Source of the DNA: a virus
Direction: 5' to 3' (one strand)
DNA length: 64,000 nt
Virus record (IMG/VR): IMGVR_UViG_3300022752_000021
The notes under the pieces were generated by a model. The model made no database searches. It was not told the origin of the DNA and was given only the letters and a program-made list of their open reading frames with translations. This document shows positions 35,085-44,604 of this stretch, in pieces; the first letter of the stretch is position 1, and the number at the start of each line of letters is the position of its first letter. Position numbers and translations under genes: made by a program.

Positions 35085-36230
35085 ATGCGTACAAGAGATA
35101 TCAAGGCACTCACCGAAACAATCGCATCTGTAGTCGATCCCGTCGATGCTGATCGTGCAAAGGCTCTCCAAGAGGGCTACCTCAACTCACTCACAGAGAA
35201 GGCTCGTCAGGTTATATCTGAGGCAGTTGAAACGAAGAATGAAGATGAAGTAGAAGCCATAATGAAGCGTCTTGCTGCCAAGGCACTCAAGAAAGCAAAG
35301 AAGAAGGCAAGAAGATCATCTGGTGATGCTGCCTATGCTGGCATTAATCCTTCGGCAGCAAAAACTGATCCCGATATGAAGAACCCAGGCAGAGTTGCAG
35401 AAGAACTCATTAATGAAGTCGCAGCACCTGGCATGGAAGATTGGGCATCCGATCCCAAGGTCAAGGCATCCTTCAAGAAGCAATACGGCAAGAGGTGGAA
35501 GGAAGTCATGTACGGTCGCTCATGGAACCTTGCCAAGAAGGAAAAGGAATTGGGCGTTAATGAGGAAGCCGAACTCGACCTCGCAGAGGGAGTCAGTGCA
35601 AAGCGTATGCGAATCATTCGCAAGCATCATGTGTCGGGGAAGCCCATCAAAGGCGAAGTCGCAGACTTCATGCAGCGTTCCTTCAAGAAGAAGTTCTACA
35701 AGGACAAGGAAAAGTTCGGTGGAGCAACATCAGCAGTTCTTGGAAGAGCAAGGCTCAAGCACTCTGCTATGAAGGCAAAGGGTCTTGCTGAAGCCGAGCA
35801 GTTGGATGAGGCTGGTTACAAGAAGTTGATGCGTCTCAAGAAGAAGGCATACAACACAAGAAATCCAAAACTCGTAAGAGCAGCAGCAGAACAAGAAGCC
35901 AAGGTTGCCGCAAACATGGCTAGACGTGGTGGAGCATCTGCTGAGGCAGTCAAGGCTGGTGGAAGTCGCATTGGCAAGAGTGGCAAGTACACTCAGAAGG
36001 CAGGACAACTTGCCAATCAGCGCGACCGTGCATTTAGAAAGTTCCGTGGTAGAGCCGCAGGAGCAGAAGTATTCAATGCACCTGGTCCTGAAAAGAGAAA
36101 GCGTCAACAGGCTCAGGCTGAATTCAGCAACCGCGCTCGTAGCGGTGACTTCGGACAGAACAACCAAGAGGGTATGCGTCCTCGCTATAACTATCTCAAG
36201 AGAACTGGTAAACTCAAGACATACAAGTAA
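35085..36230 (+). CDS. Putative internal head polyprotein
   Basis: LQE^G, ISE^A, INE^V, LAE^G, LAE^A, LDE^A sites; basic modules. Confidence 0.6.
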   Translation: MRTRDIKALTETIASVVDPVDADRAKALQEGYLNSLTEKARQVISEAVETKNEDEVEAIMKRLAAKALKKAKKKARRSSGDAAYAGINPSAAKTDPDMKNPGRVAEELINEVAAPGMEDWASDPKVKASFKKQYGKRWKEVMYGRSWNLAKKEKELGVNEEAELDLAEGVSAKRMRIIRKHHVSGKPIKGEVADFMQRSFKKKFYKDKEKFGGATSAVLGRARLKHSAMKAKGLAEAEQLDEAGYKKLMRLKKKAYNTRNPKLVRAAAEQEAKVAANMARRGGASAEAVKAGGSRIGKSGKYTQKAGQLANQRDRAFRKFRGRAAGAEVFNAPGPEKRKRQQAQAEFSNRARSGDFGQNNQEGMRPRYNYLKRTGKLKTYK

Positions 36231-36436
36231 AAGGAGACTATATCATGGCAAAAGTGAAGACACCAGCAAGACCAAGAATCCGTGACCTCAAGCATCAGTT
36301 GTTTATCAAGACACTGAACCGAAAGAAGAACCTTGAGGGTTGCACTTTAAGAAATGCTAAATATTCAAACAAGTGTTGATATTCTAGAACCTATCAGCAC
36401 AATCACATAGTTTCGAAACTACGAAAGGTAAGAACA

Positions 36437-36946
36437 ATGGCAATCAATCGCAAGGGATACACATCACTCATCGAATCTGTTCAAGAAGCAGTTTCACAAC
36501 CAGTAACCGAAGCAACTCGCTCCAAGGCTATGAAGACCTATCGCATGAACAAGGCTGCAAGGGCTGCTGGAAAAGCAGTTCCATCACTAAGGGAAGCACG
36601 ATGGGCAAGTGGTGAAGCACTCTCACACCAATTAAATAATATGCAGAATAATGCTCCAACACCAACCGCTTCAGACTCAGGAAAGGGCAAAGTTCGTAGT
36701 CGCAAGAATCCACTAGCAAGAACTTCTAGTGGAACTAGTTCAAGCACTAATGCTTCTTCAAGCCCAAAAGGTCCAGCAGCATCAAGTGCATCTTCAGTCG
36801 TTTCTGAAGATTGGGACATCCTTGACGAGATTCTTGCAGAGGGAATGGAACTCTATGGTGAAGACGGTCTTGCAGAGATCCTTGCTGATTTCGCGGAGAC
36901 TGGCGAGATCTCAGACGAACTCGCACTTCTTCTCAGCGACGAATAA
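36437..36946 (+). CDS. Putative internal head/core protein
   Basis: VQE^A, VTE^A, VSE^D sites; basic core and acidic tail. Confidence 0.55.
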   Translation: MAINRKGYTSLIESVQEAVSQPVTEATRSKAMKTYRMNKAARAAGKAVPSLREARWASGEALSHQLNNMQNNAPTPTASDSGKGKVRSRKNPLARTSSGTSSSTNASSSPKGPAASSASSVVSEDWDILDEILAEGMELYGEDGLAEILADFAETGEISDELALLLSDE

Positions 36947-36970
36947 ACCTTAGGCTACAAGGTGGTATGC

Positions 36971-37005
36971 AAACAAGGGAGAGGGAAACCTCTCTCTTGT
37001 TTTTT
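36971..37005. terminator. Bidirectional terminator
   Basis: AAACAAGGGAGAGG/CCTCTCTCTTGTTT between convergent genes. Confidence 0.7.
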
Positions 37006-37570
37006 AAGCGGATTCAGCCTTCGCTTTATTGGCTTCATACCAAGCCTTGCTGGAAGTCTTCATCTTGTCCTTGTTGACTTGGTAATAATCCTTGTGATAA
37101 TCCTTCCTCTTGTCTCTATTTCTTTCATACCAAATCTTGTTCACAGCCTTCCTCTTGACCTTATTGACTTCGTAATATTTCTTGTGATAATCCTTGTTCT
37201 TGTCCTTGTTGGCTTCGCGGTAAGCCTTCCAATAAACCTTCCGTCGTTCTTTCCGTTCCTTCTCAGTCAATCCCTTCGAACTCCCATCTCCACCCATGGT
37301 CACATTGTATTCACCCAGACTACAATGTGTCCTATACAACCAAATGTAATGGTGTTCCATATAGTTCAATGTATGTTCACCATCCTCAGACTCATATAAA
37401 GTCTCTATGGTAAATGAGTCAACACCATACTTTTTTATGGCATGGTGTAATGGGTATTTTGGTTTTTTAAAGTTCTTTAGGTGTTCTTTCCAGCGTTCTT
37501 TGACAGACTTACTGGTATACCCAACATAAACTGGTTTAGAGTCCTTGCGGACAAGATAAATAGTATGCAT
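37004..37570 (-). CDS. GIY-YIG (Seg-like) homing endonuclease, copy A
   Basis: TIYLV...VYVGYT...RWKEH...AIKKYG...YNVTMGGDG. Confidence 0.88.
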   Translation of the reverse strand: MHTIYLVRKDSKPVYVGYTSKSVKERWKEHLKNFKKPKYPLHHAIKKYGVDSFTIETLYESEDGEHTLNYMEHHYIWLYRTHCSLGEYNVTMGGDGSSKGLTEKERKERRKVYWKAYREANKDKNKDYHKKYYEVNKVKRKAVNKIWYERNRDKRKDYHKDYYQVNKDKMKTSSKAWYEANKAKAESA

Positions 37571-37588
37571 TCGATCCTCCTAAGATCA

Positions 37589-37628
37589 GTGCCATGCCCC
37601 TGGATGCTCCAACATCGCAGGGGGTTTC
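37589..37628 (-). promoter_or_regulatory. Conserved leader hairpin upstream of GIY-YIG copy A
   Basis: AAACCCCCTGCGATGTTGGAGCATCCAGGGGCATGGCAC; homologous to 43711-43751. Confidence 0.65.
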
Positions 37629-37705
37629 TTTTCTACATATTATGTATTGATTATGACTATTTGGAACAAACCTTTTATTTCATAAATGCTCATTGGAGGT
37701 TTATT

Positions 37706-38275
37706 ATGGGGAACTCTTCAAACTCCCTGTACACTAGCATCACTCGCGTTCTTATGGAGAGCAATGACCCTGATTTATCAGGGAAATATACATTGTTTAC
37801 TCTTTATGCAGACAACACTTCTGTATTGCACATTTTTGAGGATAGGGAAACCTTTGAAGCCATGAAATACAAGTTTACATCAAACGACGGCATCAAGCGT
37901 CTTGGCGCATCAAAACTACCAGAGAACACAACTTTCAAGAAACTCTCAGAATCAATAGAGCGCAAGTTCAATGTGCCAAAGGAAACAATCTCAGTCCGCA
38001 CACATGAACCCGCAAGACGAGAAGAGCCACAGCCTAGACAGGTTGTGAATGAAATGCCGACCGCTCCAAAGCCACAACAGAAGAAGCCCAAGAGTGGATC
38101 GGTTCTAGAGGGCGTTCTGAACGGCAGAGAAAGATTCAGAAACCAACCGATGCAAGGGATGCCAATGGCACAGCCAGAGAGGACAGAGCCTACAATCAAC
38201 TCTTTCCGCCCTGCAACGAATCAAAAGATTGACCTATCAAAACTCAACAATGGCGATAGACCATTGCTAGGATGA
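37706..38275 (+). CDS. Hypothetical late protein
   Basis: CATAAATG, GGAGG RBS; LME^S, VNE^M sites. Confidence 0.6.
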   Translation: MGNSSNSLYTSITRVLMESNDPDLSGKYTLFTLYADNTSVLHIFEDRETFEAMKYKFTSNDGIKRLGASKLPENTTFKKLSESIERKFNVPKETISVRTHEPARREEPQPRQVVNEMPTAPKPQQKKPKSGSVLEGVLNGRERFRNQPMQGMPMAQPERTEPTINSFRPATNQKIDLSKLNNGDRPLLG

Positions 38276-38279
38276 CCAC

Positions 38280-38744
38280 ATGGCAGAAAAGAAAGAACCA
38301 AAATCATCAAACGAAAAAACATACCTTGTTCGGTATAGACTTCCTGGTGAAAAAGGAAGAAATCCGCGCAAGGTTGTGATTCAAGCACTGAATCAGTCTG
38401 ATGCAAAGAAGACTGCCATTGCAACCATACCAAGCGCAGAGATCGTCGGTGGTCCAAAAGAACTTGATGAAAATGTTCTTGATTTTGCCAAACGTGTGGG
38501 ACAGTTTGCTGCAAGATGTGCGGGAAAAGTTTGCCATGCTTATGCAAAGACTCCCGTCAATGCCAAGGCAGGAACAGTATCACAGATTCGTAAGCAGATG
38601 ACGCGAGAAATAGCGCGTGGAACTGGTGATAAACTCATCACTGCTGGTGGTGGAGTACCAGAAAGAATCAGGATTCAAATAAAGAATCCAAAGAAGCAAA
38701 AGAGTTCAAGATCACCAAAGAGAAAACTTCGTAAGAAGAAGTGA
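38280..38744 (+). CDS. Basic hypothetical protein
   Basis: ORF; LDE^N site. Confidence 0.55.
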   Translation: MAEKKEPKSSNEKTYLVRYRLPGEKGRNPRKVVIQALNQSDAKKTAIATIPSAEIVGGPKELDENVLDFAKRVGQFAARCAGKVCHAYAKTPVNAKAGTVSQIRKQMTREIARGTGDKLITAGGGVPERIRIQIKNPKKQKSSRSPKRKLRKKK

Positions 38745-39500
38745 TCAAATAAACGGATTGGAAAAGTTGTTCTCCAATACAGTCACATCTCCCTTTTTTC
38801 CGCTGAGTGGAGCAATGTTGTATGGGGATTTGGAATTCACCGGAATTCTAAACGATAATTCAAATGTGAATTGATATGTTTTGCCACCTGTGCTTTTGGG
38901 TTGAACCCTTACTCTATAGTCAAGAGTTGCCGATGTGCCAAATCTTGGAATTGGTTTCATTCCTGCCTTCTTAAGACGAGCATTGAGTCTATTTGGGTCT
39001 GCTCCACCCAGGAGAAAAAACCCATGAGAACCTATGTTCAAATAATAGGTTTTTTTCTTATTGTAATAGTCTTCCATGTTTGTTGCAGGAATGCTCTTTC
39101 TTATCTCACGGAACTTCTTTCTATCCACATCATAATTTGGCTTTACTGTTGGTCGTTGTGGATTTGTCTTCAATGGCAACAGTTTCCATTGCTTGTTTAT
39201 CTCTCGGAGTGCGCCGACTTCTGTCGCAAGATTTGCAAGGAACATCTTCTCTTCGTCTTCGGGTGAGATATCTCCAAACGACCATTTCTTTTCTGATAAA
39301 TCATACTTCAATGCAAGAGAACCACCAGATGCGGCGGAAATTTTGAGTTCTACATTCACTGCCGTTCCATTGCTTTTTATCACAAGATCTGGAACATCAG
39401 ATTTCGCAGATGCCGGTACAAATGATGCTTCCACAAGTTTCTTCTTTTTAAGAAACTTTACTGCATTGTTTTCATACATGAACCCTTGTTGTGTTGCCAT
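38745..39500 (-). CDS. PD-(D/E)XK nuclease-like protein
   Basis: GFMYE...VPDLVI...NVELK. Confidence 0.6.
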   Translation of the reverse strand: MATQQGFMYENNAVKFLKKKKLVEASFVPASAKSDVPDLVIKSNGTAVNVELKISAASGGSLALKYDLSEKKWSFGDISPEDEEKMFLANLATEVGALREINKQWKLLPLKTNPQRPTVKPNYDVDRKKFREIRKSIPATNMEDYYNKKKTYYLNIGSHGFFLLGGADPNRLNARLKKAGMKPIPRFGTSATLDYRVRVQPKSTGGKTYQFTFELSFRIPVNSKSPYNIAPLSGKKGDVTVLENNFSNPFI

Positions 39501-39563
39501 GTTTTATTCTCCGTTGAAATATCTAGGAATCTAAAGAACATCAAAATAGCCATACATATTCAC

Positions 39564-40139
39564 ATGACCCATACACTTCACAAGATCGCAGGAATCGACT
39601 ATTCTCTCTGTGGTCCTTGCATCTGCGTCTTCGAAGGCGGTGGAAGATTCTCGTTCGATGACTGCTGCTTCTACTTCCTCAGCGATACAAAGAAGTATGC
39701 CAAGGTCTTCATGGGAAACATTCATGGAGAGTTGTTCTCCGAATGGGAAGAGGACATGGAGAGGTATCAGAGCATCGCTGATTGGGCAATAGACATCCTC
39801 AAGGATGTCAAGCAAGTCGCCCTAGAAGGCTATGCGTACTCGGCAACTGGCAAGGTGTTTCATATCGCTGAGAACACTGGTGTGCTGAAGTACAAGTTGT
39901 TTCAAGAAGGTATTCCCGTTACCATCATTCCACCCACAGAAGTAAAGAAGTTTGGTTGTGGTAAGGGCAACGGAGACAAGACTGCTATGCACGAAGCATT
40001 TCTCAAGGAAACTGGCATAGATCTCAAGTCAATCATGACACCCGACAAGAAGGACATTACATCACCAGTATCAGATGTGATAGATGCCTATTACATCTGC
40101 AAGAAGATGCATGGCGAGATTCTTCTCGCCACTATTTGA
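39564..40139 (+). CDS. RuvC-like Holliday junction resolvase
   Basis: IAGIDYS, VALEGY, VKKFGCGKGNGDK, DVIDAY. Confidence 0.85.
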   Translation: MTHTLHKIAGIDYSLCGPCICVFEGGGRFSFDDCCFYFLSDTKKYAKVFMGNIHGELFSEWEEDMERYQSIADWAIDILKDVKQVALEGYAYSATGKVFHIAENTGVLKYKLFQEGIPVTIIPPTEVKKFGCGKGNGDKTAMHEAFLKETGIDLKSIMTPDKKDITSPVSDVIDAYYICKKMHGEILLATI

Positions 40140-41001
40140 CCAACTTTGATCGAATCTCCTTGACGATTCTCTGTGTAGATTGCTTCTGCACTTTTGTTGC
40201 AAGACCACCATCACCAAAGATCTTGACCTTTGCCTCTTCGGGAATCTCAGTCTTGATGTCCTCAAGCAACTTGACATTGTCTGCTACTGCCTCTTCCGTC
40301 TTCTTGTTCTTGAAGATAAAGTATCCTACTGAAATCGCAGACGCGAGGAATCCGATTATGAATACAACAAGACCAACCGTGGCAATCTCCTGATAGTAGT
40401 ATTGGTTTGCTGCTGCAAGACCAACTGAAACAAATCCCGCACACAGAATAATTCCACCAATGACCTTGTGGAAATATGCCACGATCATTCCAGCGACAAT
40501 CATTGCAAATCCAACCATCCAAAAGATTCTCACGATCTTCTGAATCTCGGCAGTGGATGCTGCAACAAGATCATCGTACTTCTTTTTCCAATCGCTGTTG
40601 GTGTTCTCAAGTTTCTCAATCTGCTCAAGAAGAGGTTGAACATTCTCCGCAGAAAGATCCTTCTGCACCATGTCAACTTCCTTTTGTATTGAGATGGCAG
40701 CATTCTCTACCTTGTTGCTCTCAACTACAATCTTGTTTGCCTCTTCAGCAACAACAGGATCTTCAGTCTTGTCTTTTATGACAGTAGCAGATTGCGTGAT
40801 TGCAATAGATGAATTCTGAATCTCTTCTGCGTTTGCTTTTACAACCGCATTTGATTCTGTTACTTTCTTGACATCATCGTATACAACTGTTGCTACAGGA
40901 GTTTCTGGTTTTATGATAGATGGTGTTGATGTGCATTTTGCACCAATCATCATGATTCCCATTGAAAGGATTGCCGCAACTCTAGTCACAATACTATTCA
41001 T
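40132..41001 (-). CDS. Membrane protein: lipoprotein-like N-terminus, coiled coil, C-terminal TM segments
   Basis: ILSMGIMMIGAKC; heptads; about 3 hydrophobic segments. Confidence 0.6.
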   Translation of the reverse strand: MNSIVTRVAAILSMGIMMIGAKCTSTPSIIKPETPVATVVYDDVKKVTESNAVVKANAEEIQNSSIAITQSATVIKDKTEDPVVAEEANKIVVESNKVENAAISIQKEVDMVQKDLSAENVQPLLEQIEKLENTNSDWKKKYDDLVAASTAEIQKIVRIFWMVGFAMIVAGMIVAYFHKVIGGIILCAGFVSVGLAAANQYYYQEIATVGLVVFIIGFLASAISVGYFIFKNKKTEEAVADNVKLLEDIKTEIPEEAKVKIFGDGGLATKVQKQSTQRIVKEIRSKLVK

Positions 41002-42011
41002 CTTCGCACCATCGACTTTCTTTTCTTCAGGGACTTTGCTCTCTTACGATTTGCTGCTGCTCTGTTCTTCTTTGCTTTTCGTGCGGCTTTCTTTGCTTGC
41101 TTTGAGCGGCGAGCCTTTTCTGCTCCACCCATCTTCACACAAGCCTTCCCACCCTTCTTAGCAAGTTTCTGTCCTGCTGGACACTTGAACACGATTTTCT
41201 TCTTTCCACCACGAATGACAATCTTGCGCTTTGCTCCTTCAGCAAGCATCTCAAGTTCTTCTGATGGAATGAGCGAGAGAACTTGATCAACACTGATGGT
41301 ATCAACACCATAAATCACATAATGCGTTTCCATCAATGATGTGTTTGCGATGTCAAGAGATAGTTTCATTTCAACATCCTCATTCGTCGGCTGTGGTGCC
41401 TTAGCAAACTTTGGATTTGCATAATTCTTTGATGGGAATCCACCTGGTCCTTCACGAACCAACTTCACTTGAACTTGCTTCTTTCCTTTTCCTATAGTAG
41501 AGACAAGACCTTCATGTTCCTCACCACCATGGGTATCGATGTCGAACTGATGCTGATGCTTCTTGAACTGATCAAGCATATGATGCTTTGCCATGTTGAT
41601 GTGGTGGTGTGCCTGAAACATGGCATGAAGATGGTGTGCATTCGAATCTATCTCACCATGCACAGCAGCGAGTGCATTGGCACGACCTTTCTCGCTCTTG
41701 TTTGTCTTTTCCACGAACTTTGTGGCATGTGCCTTGAGTCCTTCTACGCTTCTCTTGCCGGTTGTTCGTGCTGCCGTGTTGGAATACTGCCTGACTATGT
41801 CGTGAAGTCTCTTGTTGCCAACCAACTTGCGGGAGAACTCATGAACCTCTGGTGTAAGATGCTTCTGTGCAGCAGCAAGATGCTTCGTGATCGCGGCATC
41901 TCTCTTTGGAGACAGAGATAGTTTGGTCTTCTTACTGATGGCAAGATCTGGGGCATGAATGCCTTCTCCCTGCAACTGAGAAACATCTGGATGGTTAGTG
42001 ATCTTCTTCAT
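40998..42011 (-). CDS. C-terminal half of an RNA-ligase-like nucleotidyltransferase fused to basic modules
   Basis: EEHEGLV...VKLVR...FPSKNY; LME^T, LAE^G sites. Confidence 0.55.
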   Translation of the reverse strand: MKKITNHPDVSQLQGEGIHAPDLAISKKTKLSLSPKRDAAITKHLAAAQKHLTPEVHEFSRKLVGNKRLHDIVRQYSNTAARTTGKRSVEGLKAHATKFVEKTNKSEKGRANALAAVHGEIDSNAHHLHAMFQAHHHINMAKHHMLDQFKKHQHQFDIDTHGGEEHEGLVSTIGKGKKQVQVKLVREGPGGFPSKNYANPKFAKAPQPTNEDVEMKLSLDIANTSLMETHYVIYGVDTISVDQVLSLIPSEELEMLAEGAKRKIVIRGGKKKIVFKCPAGQKLAKKGGKACVKMGGAEKARRSKQAKKAARKAKKNRAAANRKRAKSLKKRKSMVRR

Positions 42012-42769
42012 GCCTTTGCTCCTGGCTTTGGAAGAGCATACTGCGAATGTGCAGCCAGAGTCAGTTTCTTTCCGCTCTTCACCTTGTATGTGATTGTGTT
42101 TGGCTTTGCCGTTGTCTGATTCTCACCATCTGCCTCATGATGCACAAGATCTGCCTGAAACGCATGACCAGGCTTGATGTTCATGGTCTTGACATGATGA
42201 AGGAGAGGGACAAGGTGCTTTACATAGTGTTCCTTGCCAGTTGCATGAACATCCTCTGGAGTCTTGAAGACATGCTCGACCTGTCCATGCTTTGACTTGA
42301 CAAAATGGGTTCCATCATGCTCTCTGCCTACCACCACGCTCATTCCACCATCGACCTTGAGCGAAGGCTCATGCCCCTTGGTGTGCTTTCCCTTGAACCT
42401 TTGATGCATGGCAGTCATGTGCCTGATTGCCTCGCTTGGGTTTCCGTGGTAGATCATGTCCCCGACATGCTCAAGGTGTCCCGTGAATGGCTTCGGCTTC
42501 TTTTTCTGCGTTGCTTCGAAGATTGGTGCCTTCTTCTTCTTTCTTCGCCAGATTCCCTTGCCAAACTGCTTTTGGCTATACTTCGGTGATACAGGCTCTC
42601 CGTCCGAAACCACTGCAATGCCAGGAGCAGATGCCGTATTTGCAACCTCTTCGTTGAGTATTAGTTCTAGGATGTCCATCTTGTCCTGATCCTCAAGTGC
42701 CTCGGACATGAGTCTACGGGCTTCTTCGTTCAGGTTTTTTCGCATGAAGTTTTGGTATGTTTCTTTCAT
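42008..42769 (-). CDS. N-terminal half of an RNA-ligase-like nucleotidyltransferase with head-protein-like leader
   Basis: GHLEH...LKVDG (KxDG)...FQADL...PNTITY; LNE^E, IFE^A sites. Confidence 0.6.
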   Translation of the reverse strand: MKETYQNFMRKNLNEEARRLMSEALEDQDKMDILELILNEEVANTASAPGIAVVSDGEPVSPKYSQKQFGKGIWRRKKKKAPIFEATQKKKPKPFTGHLEHVGDMIYHGNPSEAIRHMTAMHQRFKGKHTKGHEPSLKVDGGMSVVVGREHDGTHFVKSKHGQVEHVFKTPEDVHATGKEHYVKHLVPLLHHVKTMNIKPGHAFQADLVHHEADGENQTTAKPNTITYKVKSGKKLTLAAHSQYALPKPGAKA

Positions 42770-43143
42770 ATCTTCCTCAGTTCTTGCAAAAGAGAATCTT
42801 CCATTGGTATTACTGCAAGATCTGCCTCTGGTATTTCGTGACGAAGCACATTGAGATAGTAGAGGAATGTCTTGAGTCTCGGATGGAACTTCTCCTCCAT
42901 CCTATAGAACAATATTCTATTTCCAACCTCTATTCCAAACACATTCGTAAGGACAATGAGGTGGTTTATGATCAATCGGTTTCGTTGTGCAATATCCCCA
43001 TCATCACGATTCATCAATCTCTTCAAATACTTGATTCTGTCTATATCTTCATAGAACTCTTCAAGAGAAGAGCATTGTGGGTTATCATAGTTTTCAAGTG
43101 CGAAGGTCAAAAAGTCTTCATCACGAATACGGTTGTCCGACAT
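42766..43143 (-). CDS. Conserved T4-like hypothetical protein
   Basis: YDNPQC...EFYEDIDRIKYLKRL...RLIINHLIVLTNVFG. Confidence 0.8.
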   Translation of the reverse strand: MSDNRIRDEDFLTFALENYDNPQCSSLEEFYEDIDRIKYLKRLMNRDDGDIAQRNRLIINHLIVLTNVFGIEVGNRILFYRMEEKFHPRLKTFLYYLNVLRHEIPEADLAVIPMEDSLLQELRKI

Positions 43144-43150
43144 TAGAAAC

Positions 43151-43669
43151 TCAGTCGTGGTTCTTCTTTTCTGATGTCATGTAGAGTTCTGCATCGATCA
43201 TGTAGAGTCCACCAGGAACCATAGATGTGTTGATCTTCAACTTACCATGCATACGAGAACGAAGGAAGATTTCATCGTCAACATATGGATCACCAGAGAT
43301 TGGGTTATCGCTTTCGCGTCTTCCATACTGATAGACATTGAATGTGCCGTTTGTGGCATCCTTGACACCGAAATTCATGTCACCATCATCCACATGAAGA
43401 CCGATTGTTTGCAACTGAAGGAATAGGCGGTTCAAACGATCCATTGGGTCGAGGTGCTGACCAGTGAGGAACCTCTTGATGAATGCATTGATGACTTGCA
43501 TGTTCTCTGGCTTCTCGACATAGAACAAGGCTCTATCATCCAACGCAGAGCGGTGGTTTGTGTTATATGTGGATTCCAATAGTGCTTCGACAAGTGTCTG
43601 ATTCTTGCTCTTGTCAAGAGTATTTGCGGCAACATTGGATAATGAGTCTCTGCGAGTGAATGGGTTCAT
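43151..43669 (-). CDS. Hypothetical protein
   Basis: GGAG RBS before MNPFTRR; LVE^A, LLE^S sites. Confidence 0.6.
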   Translation of the reverse strand: MNPFTRRDSLSNVAANTLDKSKNQTLVEALLESTYNTNHRSALDDRALFYVEKPENMQVINAFIKRFLTGQHLDPMDRLNRLFLQLQTIGLHVDDGDMNFGVKDATNGTFNVYQYGRRESDNPISGDPYVDDEIFLRSRMHGKLKINTSMVPGGLYMIDAELYMTSEKKNHD

Positions 43670-43710
43670 TTGAATCTCCAAATTGTTATGGAAATATATA
43701 TAAAGATATA

Positions 43711-43751
43711 GAAAACCCCTGCGGTGTATCCAGCACCCAGGGGCATGGCAC
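43711..43751 (+). promoter_or_regulatory. Conserved leader hairpin upstream of GIY-YIG copy B
   Basis: GAAAACCCCTGCGGTGTATCCAGCACCCAGGGGCATGGCAC. Confidence 0.65.
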
Positions 43752-43769
43752 AGAGAGAAAGGACAATCT

Positions 43770-44327
43770 ATGCACACTATTTATCTCGTCTGTAAGGACT
43801 CCAAGCCTGTATATGTTGGATATACCGGCAGATCCGTTCGCCACAGATGGTATGAACATATTCACGATTCCAAAAAACGCCCCAAAAATCCGCTTCATCG
43901 CGCTATAAGCAAGTATGGGGCTAAATCCTTTCATGTAGAAATCCTCTACGAGAGTGAGGATGAAAATCACACAAAAAACTTTATGGAGCATCATTTTATT
44001 TGGCTTCACAAAACACACATTAGTAATGGGGGATACAACTTAACCTTTGGGGGAGAAGGAAATCCTAGAACACGAACCGAAAAAGAAAAAAAGGATAGGG
44101 CAAAAATATGGTATGAAACTAACAAAGAGAAATGTAAAGACAGGAGAAGAGATTACAATAAAATGTGGCGGAACCTTAATAAAGACCGAAATCGAGAAAT
44201 GAAAAAGAAATATTATGAAGAGAATAAGGAAAAAGTTAGTGCTTACCATAAGGCGTATTATGAATCCCACAAAGAGCAGAAAAGAGAGTATAGTAATGCT
44301 CATTACAAAAGAAAATCTATAGAGTAA
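43770..44327 (+). CDS. GIY-YIG (Seg-like) homing endonuclease, copy B
   Basis: MHTIYLVCKDSKPVYVGYT...GYNLTFGGEG; paralog of 37004-37570. Confidence 0.88.
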   Translation: MHTIYLVCKDSKPVYVGYTGRSVRHRWYEHIHDSKKRPKNPLHRAISKYGAKSFHVEILYESEDENHTKNFMEHHFIWLHKTHISNGGYNLTFGGEGNPRTRTEKEKKDRAKIWYETNKEKCKDRRRDYNKMWRNLNKDRNREMKKKYYEENKEKVSAYHKAYYESHKEQKREYSNAHYKRKSIE

Positions 44328-44387
44328 ACAAAACATCGGCAATTTTGATTGCCGATGTTTCGTGTGGTTGGTACTACCCAGGTCAGT

Positions 44388-44504
44388 TTATTGACGGGAC
44401 CAAGGGAACTTCTTGGAAACCCAATTCCAAAGTGGGGTGCCGATTGCAGCACCAGCGACAAACATGAGAATGCTCCACCAAGTTGTCCCTAAAAAATCTG
44501 CCAT
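44388..44504 (-). CDS. Small membrane protein (38 aa)
   Basis: AAGGAG RBS; MADFLGTTWWSILMFVAGAAIGTPLWNWVSKKFPWSRQ. Confidence 0.6.
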   Translation of the reverse strand: MADFLGTTWWSILMFVAGAAIGTPLWNWVSKKFPWSRQ

Positions 44505-44604
44505 TTGGTTCTCCTTTATAAAATGAAACCATGTAACTCTATATATCGACCCATTTCAAGATTTCCCAAATCGTTGCTTTGCTAAATATGACAGGAGGAT
44601 TACT

